From contig CAWBNQ010000005.1 in the NCBI GenBank assembly GCA_963790205.1, forward strand, positions 1 through 64,000: 64,000 bases of DNA. The letters run 5' to 3'. Under the pieces are notes generated by a model, which searched no databases, was not told where the DNA came from, and saw only the letters and a list, made by a program, of their open reading frames with translations. Position 1 is the first letter of the stretch. Every line of letters begins with the position of its first letter. Made by a program: the position numbers and the translations under genes. Positions 50,254 to 61,463 of the stretch are shown here, one piece after another. The DNA comes from Nitrospirota bacterium. GTDB taxonomy: Bacteria; Nitrospirota; UBA9217.

Positions 50254-50877
50254 TTACACTTCCTCCGGCGACCGCAGCACCGTCGCCTTTTGCCGCTCTT
50301 CACGCTTCAGGTCCCGCATGCACGGCATTTCCGGCCGGACAACTCCCTGCGGACCGGCGACCCAGCTCAGGGGACGGCGCTCTTTGCCGACCTTTTCACG
50401 GAGCATGAGGAGCCCTTCCATGAACGCGTCCGGCCGGGGCGGGCAGCCCGGCACGTACACGTCGACGGGCAGGAACTTGTCCACGCCCTGGACCACGCTG
50501 TAGATGTCGTACATGCCGCCCGAGTTGGCGCAGGAGCCCATGGAGATGACCCAGCGCGGCTCCATCATCTGCTCGTACAGCCGCTTGATGACCGGCGCCA
50601 TCTTGATGAACACCGTGCCGGCGATGATCATCATGTCCGCCTCGCGCGGCGTTCCGCGGATCACCTCGGCGCCGAAGCGGGCGATGTCGTACTTGCTCGT
50701 GAGGCTCGTGGCCATCTCCACGTAGCAGCAGGAAAGCCCGAAGTTGAAAGGCCAGATGGAGTTCTTCCGCCCCCAGGCGAGCATGTCCTGCAAGCGGGCC
50801 AGGACCAGGCTCTGTCGCACGGCGTCTTCAACGGTATCGTTGACGGGGTCCCCGGGTTTGGTTAAGGAATAGTTCAT
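50254..50877 (-). CDS. nuoB: NADH-quinone oxidoreductase subunit B
   Basis: [26 protein letters not shown]. Confidence 0.95.
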   Translation of the reverse strand: MNYSLTKPGDPVNDTVEDAVRQSLVLARLQDMLAWGRKNSIWPFNFGLSCCYVEMATSLTSKYDIARFGAEVIRGTPREADMMIIAGTVFIKMAPVIKRLYEQMMEPRWVISMGSCANSGGMYDIYSVVQGVDKFLPVDVYVPGCPPRPDAFMEGLLMLREKVGKERRPLSWVAGPQGVVRPEMPCMRDLKREERQKATVLRSPEEV

Positions 50878-50945
50878 AAGGTAAAGAGTACGGAGTACAC
50901 AGTACAAGGTACAGAATCAAAATACCGGGAAAACACCGCAGAGGG

Positions 50946-51362
50946 TTACTTTGGACCTGGTACTGTGTATTTTGCGCTGTTTTTAATAAACGTTCCCCAC
51001 TCCAGGGCTCCGAGCTTCCAGAGGTAAACAAGCGCGGCAGCGAGGACCCCGATAAAGAGTAGCATCTCCAGGTAGCCCGCCCAGCCGGTCTCGCGGAGGG
51101 ATACGGCCCATACATACATGAACGCCGCCTCGAGGTCAAAGATGACGAAAAACATGGCTATGAGGTAAAATTTTATATCGAAACGCACCCGGGCCGTGCC
51201 GGTGGACACGATCCCGGATTCGTAAGGCTCGTCTGTCTGCTTTTCCCGGTGACGCTCTCCCAGAATGAAGGAGAACGCTATCATGGCCGTGACCAGGACA
51301 ACGACTGCGGCACAATAAACGGCCATGGGCCAGAGAGCGGATGATATCGCTTGCGTTTCCAT
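50946..51362 (-). CDS. nuoA: NADH-quinone oxidoreductase subunit A
   Basis: PYESG, FYLIAMFFVIFDLE. Confidence 0.95.
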   Translation of the reverse strand: METQAISSALWPMAVYCAAVVVLVTAMIAFSFILGERHREKQTDEPYESGIVSTGTARVRFDIKFYLIAMFFVIFDLEAAFMYVWAVSLRETGWAGYLEMLLFIGVLAAALVYLWKLGALEWGTFIKNSAKYTVPGPK

Positions 51363-51636
51363 AGTTAAAAGAATATCACAGGGGCGGAGAAAGTCAAGGT
51401 TTGGATTTGTTTGCGGAATTCGTATTGACAAACAGCGGGAAGACTGTTAATCTACCGTCACCGCAGCATGACCACGCGGCGCACTTTTGCCCGCGACGAG
51501 CAGGCATGAAGCCCGAGGCCGGCGGAAGGCTCCTCAAATCCGGGATGCGGTTGTCGAGTTCGAGTTAAAGAGAGGCAAGGAGTTTTCCTGACCTGGCCCT
51601 GTCAGTTATTTCGTAAAAATCTGAAAGGAGAAAATC

Positions 51637-52317
51637 ATGAAATTGCAGTTAGCAGCCGCGGCATGCGTTATGCTTTTGGCAAGCCATGCCATGGCAGGGG
51701 AAAAACAGGAGTTGAAAACCCAGAAGGACAAGCTCGGTTATGCCATTGGCCTCAACCTGGGAAAAAATCTGAAAAAGAACGCCGCCGATGTTGATCTGAA
51801 CGTGCTCATGCAGGGGATAAGAGACGGGTATTCCGGCGGGAAGGAACTCATGAACGATGAGCAGATCAGGGAGACCTTTGCTGCATTTCAGCAGGAACGC
51901 GTCGAAAAAACCAAAAAGGAAGGGGAGGATTTCCTTGCGGCGAACAAGAAAAAGGACGGAGTGATAACCCTGGCAAGCGGTCTCCAGTATAAGATCATCA
52001 AAAACGGCAGCGGGAAAACGCCGAAAGCGACCGAGTCGGTGACGGTAAATTATCGCGGTACGCTCATCGACGGGACCGAGTTCGACAGCTCATACAAACG
52101 CGGGCAACCGGCGACCTTCAATGTGAACGGCGTCATCCCCGGATGGACCGAGGCGCTGCAGCTCATGAAGGAAGGCTCCAAATGGCAGCTCTTTATTCCA
52201 TCGAACCTCGCCTATGGCGCACGGGGAGCGGGGGAAGTAATCGGGCCGAATGCGGTCTTGATTTTTGAAGTCGAGTTGATTTCCGTTAATAAAGGGGAAG
52301 CGCCTCAACACCCCTGA
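51637..52317 (+). CDS. FKBP-type peptidyl-prolyl isomerase (FklB/Mip-like)
   Basis: Signal peptide; YRGTLIDGTEFDSS, VIPGWTEAL. Confidence 0.95.
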   Translation: MKLQLAAAACVMLLASHAMAGEKQELKTQKDKLGYAIGLNLGKNLKKNAADVDLNVLMQGIRDGYSGGKELMNDEQIRETFAAFQQERVEKTKKEGEDFLAANKKKDGVITLASGLQYKIIKNGSGKTPKATESVTVNYRGTLIDGTEFDSSYKRGQPATFNVNGVIPGWTEALQLMKEGSKWQLFIPSNLAYGARGAGEVIGPNAVLIFEVELISVNKGEAPQHP

Positions 52318-52326
52318 TGCTTGATG

Positions 52327-52356
52327 CGGCCGGCCGCCTGGCCGGCCGTTTTTTTT
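52327..52356 (+). terminator. Rho-independent terminator
   Basis: CGGCCGGCC-gcct-GGCCGGCCG followed by T8. Confidence 0.85.
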
Positions 52357-52371
52357 ATATCCGCTCAGCCA

Positions 52372-53154
52372 TCAGGCGGTGGGCCCTTCAACGGACCATT
52401 CCTTCAGCTTGCCGCGGATAAATTCAATGATCGCCGCATGCTCTTCACTGCCCCGGCCCCTGATCAGCAGCGGTTTGCCGAAAGCAAAGTGCACGCGGAG
52501 GGACGGGATTATCCTCCCATAGTCTTTCAAAATGCGGCCGTTGCTCCAGGCGTCGGTCTTGAGCGCGATGGGCACCGCCGGGACCCCGGCCTTTTTTGCC
52601 AGTTTTACCCCGATCGTGTTGAACGATCCCGGATCGAAGACCGGCGTTCGCGTGGTCTGGGGGAATATGACGATCGACCTGCCCGCCTTCAGCCTCTCGG
52701 CCCCCCCTTCCAGCACGGCCTTCAGATCGTCTCGGGGATTGGACCTTCCCACGGTGATGGGGTCTCTCGAACGCATGATATGCTTGAAGACCGGATAATC
52801 GACAAGGCCCTGTTTCACCACGAAGGTGGCGTCCTTGAATTGCGATATGATCGTCGGAAGGACGAAGGTCTCGAGCGTGCTCATATGATTTGCGATGAAT
52901 ACGCAGGGGCCGTCGAGGGCGCGAAAGGAGCCCGTACCCGCGATCTCCAGGTTCACGCCCACCTGTTCCAGGGCGCGGAGCGTGGCAAGACTGCTGCCGC
53001 ACCACTCGGGGGTCTTGTACAAGCCGCGTTTCGCCAGGGAACTTGCGCGCCAGACGATCATGAACGCATGGCAGTAGAACGTGAATGAAGGCAGTGCTTT
53101 CGCCGCCAGGGAAAGGGGGCGGGAGGGGGTCCTGTACACATCATCAACATACAT
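52372..53154 (-). CDS. 1-acylglycerol-3-phosphate acyltransferase family protein
   Basis: ANHMSTLE, IFPQTTR. Confidence 0.85.
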   Translation of the reverse strand: MYVDDVYRTPSRPLSLAAKALPSFTFYCHAFMIVWRASSLAKRGLYKTPEWCGSSLATLRALEQVGVNLEIAGTGSFRALDGPCVFIANHMSTLETFVLPTIISQFKDATFVVKQGLVDYPVFKHIMRSRDPITVGRSNPRDDLKAVLEGGAERLKAGRSIVIFPQTTRTPVFDPGSFNTIGVKLAKKAGVPAVPIALKTDAWSNGRILKDYGRIIPSLRVHFAFGKPLLIRGRGSEEHAAIIEFIRGKLKEWSVEGPTA

Positions 53155-53290
53155 AAGCTCTTCCAACGGAGCACTCCTCTTCTTGCCGGTATCGGCGTTG
53201 TTTGCGGTCCGGGCCGGGAAACGCCCGGATACTATACCATGTACGGAAAGGGGATGGAAGGGGGAAAACGGGGAGGGGGCCGCCGCTTTA

Positions 53291-55090
53291 TCAGAACAGG
53301 TCGGGCGACGGTTTTTTGATGAAATATCCCTGGGCGTAGTGTATGCCGGCGGATTCCACCTGACCGAGGATTTCCTTGGTTTCAACGAACTCCGCGATGG
53401 TCTTTATCCCGAGTTTACCGGCGAGGCCGGCGATGCTTGACACGATCGCATTTTCGACAACGCTCGTTCCGGACATGTTCCTGATGAACTCCCCGTCGAC
53501 CTTCAAAAAGTCTATGCTGAAGGCCTTGATGTACTGAAACGATGAATAACCGGCGCCGAAGTCGTCGATCGCGAACCGGAACCCTTCCCTCTTGAGCTCA
53601 TGGATGTACTTCTCGATGCTGCTCAACGCTTTCACCGTGTCCCGTTCGGTGATCTCGAAGACCAGGTTCGAAGGGTCTATGTCGTAACTCTTGAGCAGTT
53701 TTCTGACCGTCGGGATGAATTCATTCAGTATCAGCGCCTTCGGAGAAAGGTTCAGGAACAACTTTCCGCGATAGCCGCTCTCTTTGACCTTTGCGAACGC
53801 CAGCTCGATGAGCTGGTAATCGATCTTGCCGATCACTCCCATGTTCTCGGCCGTTTCGATGAACTCCACGGCGGGGACCACGCGGTCGGACGTGATGATC
53901 CGCGTAAGCACTTCGTAGGCCTCGATCTTCGAGTCTTTTATGCTCATGATCGGCTGGAAGTAAGGCACGATGCGCCGCTGCGACAGCGCCTCCAGGATCA
54001 GGATGCTCTTTTCTCCCATGCTTTTCAGGACCTCGACGTCGTCGTGCTCGCTCGGCATGCTGAGACGGTCCTTGCCGAAGGTCTTTGCCTGCAGGAGCAT
54101 GCTGTCCGCCAGGAGGTAGAGGTCTTTCGCTTCCTTCGCGTGATCGGGGAACACGGCGACGCCGATGGAAGCCGTCTGCCTGACGGTCGTCCCGTTCGGG
54201 AGCCTGACCGAGAACGACCGCAGGTTTTCAATGATGCGACGGGCAACGATGCGTGCCTGGCCCTCGTCGCACACCGGAAGGATGGCCGTAAACTCGTCGC
54301 CCGCGTACCGCGCCGCGATATCGCCGCCGCGGACCGCCGTTTTCAGGATCGAGGCGAATTCCTTCAAAAGCATGTCGCCCACGTCATGGCCGTAGGCGTC
54401 GTTGATGGCCTTGAAATTGTCGACGTCGATCTTCAGAAGGGTAAATTTGTACTGCTGCCGTTTGGAGCGCTCGGTCTCGTACTGGAGCAGGTCCCAGAAG
54501 GAAATCTGATTGTAGAGGCTCGTCAGCGGGTCACGTGTCGCAAAGCGCTCGATTTCCCGCTTGTAGCTGGTCAAGGCCTTTGCCGTCCCGACGAGGTTTA
54601 TGAGCGCGATGATGATGCTGTTGACGGCGATCGCGTCCTCGGCGCAGGTATGGTTCTTTGCAAGCCCGACCCCCACCGTGCCGCGGAGACCGAGGGCGTC
54701 GAGAGAGAAGGCCTGAGATCGTACGTCCAGCCCCCTGGAAGTAAGCTCCGGAAGAAGCGAGGCCGGGGCCGCGATCGTATGGGTCGGTGGACGGTCTTCT
54801 TCGACTTTGAAGGAGGGGTCCGCGCAGAGCGCGTCCTTGACCGCGCGGAGGGCAAGGTCGCGAGACGGCGCGGACGGCGTGCCGGTCCAGAAAAATTCCA
54901 GCTCCTGCGTGTCGTCGCCCTGCTGGAACGTGTAGAGGAAATAGACATCCATGACCGTCCGGGCGACCGCCGCGATATTTTTGAACTGGTTTTCCCTGTT
55001 CTTGAACGACCCCGGGGCGAGCGAGAGCTCTTTCAGCAGGCGCGACTGGAATTCAATGATGCTGTGGTTTTTTTCCTTTTGAAAAGGCAT
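53291..55090 (-). CDS. GGDEF-EAL protein
   Basis: RYAGDEF, YEVLTR, DDFGAGYSS. Confidence 0.9.
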   Translation of the reverse strand: MPFQKEKNHSIIEFQSRLLKELSLAPGSFKNRENQFKNIAAVARTVMDVYFLYTFQQGDDTQELEFFWTGTPSAPSRDLALRAVKDALCADPSFKVEEDRPPTHTIAAPASLLPELTSRGLDVRSQAFSLDALGLRGTVGVGLAKNHTCAEDAIAVNSIIIALINLVGTAKALTSYKREIERFATRDPLTSLYNQISFWDLLQYETERSKRQQYKFTLLKIDVDNFKAINDAYGHDVGDMLLKEFASILKTAVRGGDIAARYAGDEFTAILPVCDEGQARIVARRIIENLRSFSVRLPNGTTVRQTASIGVAVFPDHAKEAKDLYLLADSMLLQAKTFGKDRLSMPSEHDDVEVLKSMGEKSILILEALSQRRIVPYFQPIMSIKDSKIEAYEVLTRIITSDRVVPAVEFIETAENMGVIGKIDYQLIELAFAKVKESGYRGKLFLNLSPKALILNEFIPTVRKLLKSYDIDPSNLVFEITERDTVKALSSIEKYIHELKREGFRFAIDDFGAGYSSFQYIKAFSIDFLKVDGEFIRNMSGTSVVENAIVSSIAGLAGKLGIKTIAEFVETKEILGQVESAGIHYAQGYFIKKPSPDLF

Positions 55091-55235
55091 TCAGCCCCTC
55101 GATAAATCACTGTCGCAGCGGAACGGATTGCTCGGTAAAGTATATAACAGGCGATTTTCCCGGTCAACTGCTAAATGAGCGCGCGTCCGGCAAAAAAAGC
55201 TTGCAATGCCGCACGGAAAAAGCGAAAATGCCGCC

Positions 55236-56804
55236 ATGAAAAAACGGTCGCTGAAGGAAGAGGTCGCGCAGATGGTCATGCCGCGGGTCGACGGGCCGAA
55301 GCTCGATGATCCGGCCTACCGGGAACGCATGGAAGAGCTCGTCCGGCAGGGCATCGGCGGCTTCATTCTCTTCGGCGGCGATATCGATGAAACGCCCCGC
55401 CGGCTGCGTTCGCTCCAGGGCGCGGCCGAAGTCCCCCTCCTCATCGCTTCGGACGTCGAGCGGGGCCTCGGCCAGCAGCTTTCAGGCGGGACCCATTTCC
55501 CGAGCCAGCGGGCTGTCGCGTCTGCCGTCAACCGCCGGTCGAAGAAAGACATCGAACTGCTCGACCGGATGCTTGACGCGGTGCGGCAGGAGACGCGCGC
55601 AGCGGGCATTCATGCCGTCTTCTCGCCTGTTCTGGACGTGAACAACAACCCGGACAATCCCATCATCTGCACCCGGGCCTTCGGGGAGGAGCCGGAGATC
55701 GTCGAGTGGTTCGGCTCGCGCTATATCAGGGGGCTTCAGAAAACGACGAAGCGCGGGAATGAGGACCTTTTCGCCTGCGCCAAGCATTTCCCCGGCCACG
55801 GCGATACGGACCAGGACTCTCACTCGGTGCTTCCCGTGATCCGCGCGGACAAACAGAGGCTGAACCGCGTTGAGCTGCCGCCGTTCCGCGAAGCCGTGAA
55901 ACACCGCGTGGGCATGGTCATGGTGGCGCATTTGCTCGTGCCGGCGCTCGACCCCGCGGAGCCCACGACGTTCTCGAAGAAGATCGTCACCGCTTTGTTG
56001 CGGGAGGGCATGGGGTTCGAGGGCCTCATTGTGTCCGACGCGCTCGACATGGGCGCCCTTGCGGGGCGGTATTCCCGGGAAGAGATCGCCGTGCGGACCG
56101 TCGAGGCGGGAATGGACATCCTGCTCCATCCGGGGGACGCGCTGGCGACGGTGGAGGCCGTGGCCGCAGCAGTGGCACAGGGGAGGCTGACCCGGCAGCG
56201 GATTACTGAGTCCGTGGAGCGGATCATGCATGCCAAAACGAAACTCGGGCTCTTCGACAAGGACCTGCACGCTCCGGAGCCGATCGATTATGAACAGAAC
56301 CGCCAGACGGCGTCCGAACTCGGGCGCAAGGCGGTCCGGATCCTGAACGGCAACGACAAAGGCAAGGGAGTACTGCCCGTCCGGCATAACACGGGCGTAG
56401 CGTGTTTCATCGTCGATGACGACAACAACAGGGACTCGGCGCATGTTTTTATCCGCGCAATGAAGAAACAGTTCGAACACCTTTCCCTGATCACCCTTAC
56501 TCCTGACGCGGAGATGCCCGCCTGCCTGGCGTATGACGGCATCAGGGCGGCCGGGTTCGTGGTCATGGCGTTTTATTCCAGGATTTCCGCTTCAAAGGGG
56601 CGATCGGGAATCAGCGACAAGCTCAGAGGTATGGTTACGGACGTGCTTCGCCGCGCCAGGGAAGTGAATGCGAAGTCGGCCGTTATTTCCTTTGACAGCC
56701 CCTATATCCTCGATCTATTCAAGGACGCCGACGTGCGTATTGCGGCTTATGACCGGATGGAAGGGATCCAAAAAGCCGCGGCCGACCTGCTGGCGGGAGA
56801 GTAA
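55236..56804 (+). CDS. nagZ: GH3 beta-N-acetylhexosaminidase
   Basis: KHFPGHGDTDQDSH, SDALDM. Confidence 0.85.
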   Translation: MKKRSLKEEVAQMVMPRVDGPKLDDPAYRERMEELVRQGIGGFILFGGDIDETPRRLRSLQGAAEVPLLIASDVERGLGQQLSGGTHFPSQRAVASAVNRRSKKDIELLDRMLDAVRQETRAAGIHAVFSPVLDVNNNPDNPIICTRAFGEEPEIVEWFGSRYIRGLQKTTKRGNEDLFACAKHFPGHGDTDQDSHSVLPVIRADKQRLNRVELPPFREAVKHRVGMVMVAHLLVPALDPAEPTTFSKKIVTALLREGMGFEGLIVSDALDMGALAGRYSREEIAVRTVEAGMDILLHPGDALATVEAVAAAVAQGRLTRQRITESVERIMHAKTKLGLFDKDLHAPEPIDYEQNRQTASELGRKAVRILNGNDKGKGVLPVRHNTGVACFIVDDDNNRDSAHVFIRAMKKQFEHLSLITLTPDAEMPACLAYDGIRAAGFVVMAFYSRISASKGRSGISDKLRGMVTDVLRRAREVNAKSAVISFDSPYILDLFKDADVRIAAYDRMEGIQKAAADLLAGE

Positions 56805-56915
56805 AGCGGGCGATTCCACGAATTTGCTGCGCAGCCACAGGTCTTGGCTGAGGTCAGGAAGGACTTAACCTTAACCTGAGCCTCAACCTTCGATCCTTCC
56901 GTATTCATCAACTCT

Positions 56916-57542
56916 ATGATCAAGACCATCATGATCTTCCTTATCTTCGCGTTCATCCACAGCATTACCGTCACCCGATGGTTCAAACACTTTTGTAAAC
57001 GAACGCTCGGTGATGCCTTCATGCGGGCCTGGTATCGCGCGTTCTATAATGCCGTCAGTTTTGTTACCATTCTTGTCGCGTTCCATTTCATTGCGCGGGT
57101 CCCGGACCACCGGCTCTGGATTGCGCCGCTCTGGCTGCAATGGTCCATGCGCGTTATCCAGCTTGCGGGCCTTGCTTTCGGAGCGCTCGCGTTCGAGTAT
57201 CTCGACGGAGCGGAGTTCATGGGATTCAAACAAGTGTGGCGGTATGTTGCACACCGCGAAGTCGCCGGCAACCTCGAGGGACTGACGCAGAAGGAACTGG
57301 TGACGAGCGGCGTTTACGGGATCGTCCGCCATCCCCTGTATCTGGCGGGGATCGTCATCTTCACCTTTAATCCGAACATCACCGTTAACAATCTCACGAT
57401 TACCGTTCTCGCGGACCTCTACTTCATCTTCGGCATGTTCATCGAGGAGCGGAGGTTTCTTCGCATTTTCGGCGACCAGTACCGGGAGTACAGGAAGCGG
57501 GTCCCGCGCCTTGTACCGGGAAGACGGAAGTCCGTTCGCTGA
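56916..57542 (+). CDS. Isoprenylcysteine carboxyl methyltransferase-like membrane protein
   Basis: LVTSGVYGIVRHPLY, EERRF...YRKRVP. Confidence 0.8.
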   Translation: MIKTIMIFLIFAFIHSITVTRWFKHFCKRTLGDAFMRAWYRAFYNAVSFVTILVAFHFIARVPDHRLWIAPLWLQWSMRVIQLAGLAFGALAFEYLDGAEFMGFKQVWRYVAHREVAGNLEGLTQKELVTSGVYGIVRHPLYLAGIVIFTFNPNITVNNLTITVLADLYFIFGMFIEERRFLRIFGDQYREYRKRVPRLVPGRRKSVR

Positions 57543-57672
57543 CCGGATAGCACTCTCCCTTCATTCCTGCCTGAAACAAGCACAATTGCTTGTCTTTTCA
57601 TTCATTTGATGCTATTGTACCCGCATGTATCGTTGATGCCTGTCTACGACCGGAGTTCCGGAGGTCCGCTCA

Positions 57673-58170
57673 TTGGCTGATTTCAGTTCATGCAAGGAAG
57701 AACTCGGGGAATTGGTCTCGAAATTCGAGCAGGACAAAAACCACTACCTCCGGAAGGGCTGCCCCGAAGTCCAGGTCAGGATCGGCTCCCTCAATCCTTT
57801 CTTCGACGCCCTCGGCTGGGGCATTGAGAACAAGGCCCACAAGCCGCCCCACGAGCGCGACGTGATCGTCGAGCTTTCTCCGGAAACCTCGCTCAGGCCT
57901 GATTACAACTTTCGCATAAACGGCAATAGGAAATTTTTCATCGAGGCTTCGATTCGCATGATTGACTTCAACAATCCGAATATGCCGTCCACGATAAGCT
58001 CGTCTCGCTGGTGGACCGGATGCCCGAGCTTCATAGGAAGAAGCCGCCCTTCCTCAGTCCGAAGAACGCGAAAAGATCGAACGCGAGATCGCCGTGACGG
58101 ATGAGAAGATTGATGATATCGTTAGTGGACTATAGGGGTTGACGGATGAAGAGATACAGATCGTGATGAG
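57673..58170 (+). pseudogene. Internally deleted type IIG restriction-modification gene
   Basis: N-terminal LNPFFDALGW...RPDY...FFIEA joined directly to C-terminal HDKLVSLVDRM...TDEKIDDIV...LTDEEI pieces; the methyltransferase core is absent. Confidence 0.65.
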
Positions 58171-58348
58171 TGCTGCAAAATCTTAAGCATAAGAAATGAC
58201 AATACAAGCAAGATGCGGAGAAAAAGATATTTATAGAGAGATCCGCTGAAAACAAACGATAGAAGATATCTCCAATTCTGAACACCCTGGATGCTGTTGA
58301 ATTGCACTGAACCGCCTTTGCTTTAGACGAAACTTCGGGGGCAGTCCG

Positions 58349-60100
58349 ATGACACGTGACTTGAGAAAAAAGCGCAAGGACTGGAAGCCGTTCCTGCTGA
58401 AACTAACGCCCGCCCGGATCGCGCTGCTCTATGCCGCGGCAGGCTGTCTGTGGATCGCGTTTTCAGACACGGCGCTCACTGCGCTTGTCCATGACGTGAA
58501 CATGATCACTCTGATCGCGATGATGAAAGGCTGGTTGTACGTCGCCGCTACCGCGGTCATCCTCTACCTGCTCATCCGCCGTGCCGAGGCGACCCTGCGC
58601 GAGAGCGAAAAGAAGTTCCGCATGCTGGCGGATACGGCGGCCGCGGCCATCTTCATTTACCGGGACACGGGCTTCTGCTACGTCAATTCACAGTCGCAGC
58701 GACTCACGGGCTACACGCAGGAGGAGCTGCTCCGGATGCATTTCTGGGACGTGGTCCACCCCGATTACCGCGATATGATCCGGGTGCGCGGAACGGCCCG
58801 TCTGCAGGGCGGCGATATCCCGCCCCGGTATGAATTCAAGATCGTCACGAAAGGCGGGGAAGAGCGCTGGGTGGATTTTACCTCGGGCACGATCGAATTC
58901 GAGGGAAGACCCTCGGCCCTGGGGACCGCATACGATATAACCGGGCGCAGAAATCTCGAGGCGCAGCTCCTGCAGTCCCAGAAAATGGAGGCCATAGGAC
59001 TTCTTGCCGGCGGCGTGGCCCACGACTTCAACAATATCCTGACCGCGATCATCGGGTACGGCGATCTTGTGAAATCGAAGATCACCGCGGACGACCTCAG
59101 GTCTTACGTCGATCAAATACTGCAATCCGCCGACCGGGCCGCTCGTCTTACTCACGGACTGCTGGCGTTCAGCAGGAAGCAGGTCCTCGATCCGAAACCG
59201 GTCGATATCAACGAGATCATTGTGAACGTCGGCAAGCTGCTCGCGCGGTTGATCGGAGAGGACATCGATCTGAAGCTCGTGCTGTCTCCCGAGGGCATGA
59301 CCATTTTGGCGGACAGCGGCCAGATCGAACAGGTCCTCATGAACCTTGCGACAAACGCGCGCGACGCCATGCCTCACGGCGGGTCGCTGACCATTGCGAC
59401 GAAACGGATGAAGATCGACGCTGCGTTCATAAAACAACACGGCTACGGCAGTCCCGGCGAATACGCGGTCGTTGCCGTGGCCGACACGGGGGCCGGCATG
59501 GAACGGAAAACGCAGGATCGGATGTTCGAGCCTTTCTTCACGACCAAGGAGACGGGAAAGGGCACGGGGCTCGGCCTGTCCATCGTCTACGGGATCATCA
59601 AACAGCACGACGGGTTTATCAGCGCGGCCAGCGAGCCGGGCAAGGGTTCCTCGTTCAGCATCTTTCTCAGGCTGCTCCCCAGTTGCGAACGCGAGGACCA
59701 GGCGCAGCTCCCCGACGAGGCGGCATGGGGCGGTTCGGAAACAGTGCTGCTGGCCGAGGACGACGAGACCGTCAGAAACCTCACGAAGACGGTGCTTGCG
59801 GAAGCGGGCTATACCGTCATTACCGCAGCCGACGGGGAGGAGGCGCTCGCGAAGTTTTCCGGCGATAAAGACCGCATCAACCTGCTGCTCCTCGACGTAA
59901 TCATGCCGAGAAAAAACGGCAGGGAAGTGTACGAAGAGGCCCTGAGAATACGGCCCGGCATAAAAACGCTCTTCATAAGCGGTTATGCGGGCGACGTTTT
60001 TAACAAAGACGTCAGCCCCGACGCGGGATTGAACTTCATCTCAAAGCCGGCGCCCCCGATGGAACTGCTCAAAAAAATCAGGGAAACGCTCGATGGCTGA
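58349..60100 (+). CDS. PAS hybrid histidine kinase (CckA-like)
   Basis: AHDFNNIL, NARDAM, PFFTTK, GTGLGL, C-terminal receiver domain. Confidence 0.95.
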   Translation: MTRDLRKKRKDWKPFLLKLTPARIALLYAAAGCLWIAFSDTALTALVHDVNMITLIAMMKGWLYVAATAVILYLLIRRAEATLRESEKKFRMLADTAAAAIFIYRDTGFCYVNSQSQRLTGYTQEELLRMHFWDVVHPDYRDMIRVRGTARLQGGDIPPRYEFKIVTKGGEERWVDFTSGTIEFEGRPSALGTAYDITGRRNLEAQLLQSQKMEAIGLLAGGVAHDFNNILTAIIGYGDLVKSKITADDLRSYVDQILQSADRAARLTHGLLAFSRKQVLDPKPVDINEIIVNVGKLLARLIGEDIDLKLVLSPEGMTILADSGQIEQVLMNLATNARDAMPHGGSLTIATKRMKIDAAFIKQHGYGSPGEYAVVAVADTGAGMERKTQDRMFEPFFTTKETGKGTGLGLSIVYGIIKQHDGFISAASEPGKGSSFSIFLRLLPSCEREDQAQLPDEAAWGGSETVLLAEDDETVRNLTKTVLAEAGYTVITAADGEEALAKFSGDKDRINLLLLDVIMPRKNGREVYEEALRIRPGIKTLFISGYAGDVFNKDVSPDAGLNFISKPAPPMELLKKIRETLDG

Positions 60101-60234
60101 ACACGCCGACGCCGGACGCGGGATCGCGATCGCTTCTGTCAGAACTGATGCGCTTTCGGATGGATTGAATACAGCCTTGCACCAACATTCAGTGAAAAAA
60201 CGGCGGGATGGTCTGCGAGCCTTGACGGCAAAGG

Positions 60235-60762
60235 TCATTCCGTGGTTTTGATTGTCGCTATATACGGGAGGTTTCGGTACTGTTCAGCGTGGTCCATTCC
60301 ATAGCCCACGACAAAGGTATCGGGGACCTCGAAGCCGCGGTAGGCGATGGGCACTTCCACGGTGCGCCTGCATTTCTTGTCAAGCAGGGCGACCGCTTTG
60401 AGGCTCGCCGGTCCTTTTCCCGAGAACTTCTTCATCAAACAGTCCAGCGTCCCCCCCGTGTCGACAATCGTATCAACGAGCAGGACGTGTTTCCCTTGAA
60501 TGCCGGTATTGAGGTCCTTTTTGACGGCGACGGCCCGCGAGGACAGGGTGCCGTTGCCGTAACTCGTTGCCTGGATGAATTCCGCGGTAACGGGCAGGGA
60601 AATACGGCGCATGAGGTCGGCCGCGAACATGACCGCCCCTTTCAGGATAACGATGAGAACAAGCTCCTTGCCGGCGTAATCATGGGAAATTCGCGCTGCC
60701 AGTTCGCTGACTTTCCCGGCAATGGCCTGCTCGTCGAACACTATCTCCTGGATTTCAGCCAT
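60235..60762 (-). CDS. hpt: Hypoxanthine phosphoribosyltransferase
   Basis: ILKGA, LLVDTIVDTGGT, FVVGYGMD...YRNLP. Confidence 0.9.
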   Translation of the reverse strand: MAEIQEIVFDEQAIAGKVSELAARISHDYAGKELVLIVILKGAVMFAADLMRRISLPVTAEFIQATSYGNGTLSSRAVAVKKDLNTGIQGKHVLLVDTIVDTGGTLDCLMKKFSGKGPASLKAVALLDKKCRRTVEVPIAYRGFEVPDTFVVGYGMDHAEQYRNLPYIATIKTTE

Positions 60763-60902
60763 ACTCCTTTGTTTTTGCCCACCCTTCGCGAATGAAACGC
60801 CTCTTGTTTGCCGGGCCACCCGGACCGCAGGCCCTTACTTGAAAAAGATACAGCATATTGTTACAATTGTAAAGAGAGACGCAAATGGAGGAGGTGATTT
60901 TC

Positions 60903-61463
60903 ATGCACAAGGAGGCCTTGCTCGTTATCGACATGTTGAACGACTTCGTGCTTCCCGGCGCTCCCCTCGAAGTGCCCGCTGCGAGGGCGATCATTCCCGT
61001 TATCCGGAACGAGATCGACAAGGCGCATGCGGTGGGAAACCCCGTGATCTACGTCTGCGATGCCCATGAGCCGAGTGACAGGGAGTTCAGGAAGTTCGGG
61101 TGGCCGGCCCACGCGGTGAAGGGGACCACGGGGGCCGAGATCATCGAAGAGCTCAAGCCGACCGGGGAAGACGTTGTTATTTACAAGAAGACCTATTCCG
61201 GTTTTTTCGGCACGATACTCGATGCGACGCTGAAACGGCTTGGCGTGGACGCTCTCAGGCTTACGGGCGATGTGACCAACATCTGCGTGCTGTTCACGGC
61301 GTCCGACGCGGTACTCAGGGACTATGAGGTCACGGTGCTGGAGAACGGCGTTGCCGGTCTTGCCCCGGAAGACCACGAGGCTGCGCTGCGGATCATGAAA
61401 AATGTGCTCGGTGTGCGGATAAGGAAGGCGGAACCGGAGAACAAGGGCCGGAAAGCGGCGTAA
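60903..61463 (+). CDS. pncA: Nicotinamidase/isochorismatase family protein
   Basis: IDMLNDF, WPAHA, KKTYSGF, TNICV; adjacent to pncB. Confidence 0.8.
   Translation: MHKEALLVIDMLNDFVLPGAPLEVPAARAIIPVIRNEIDKAHAVGNPVIYVCDAHEPSDREFRKFGWPAHAVKGTTGAEIIEELKPTGEDVVIYKKTYSGFFGTILDATLKRLGVDALRLTGDVTNICVLFTASDAVLRDYEVTVLENGVAGLAPEDHEAALRIMKNVLGVRIRKAEPENKGRKAA

Noticed and set aside
51420..51610. Riboswitch or sRNA upstream of the FKBP gene
   Set aside because: GC-rich leader after a TTGACA box, but I could not recognise a known motif; needs an Rfam search.
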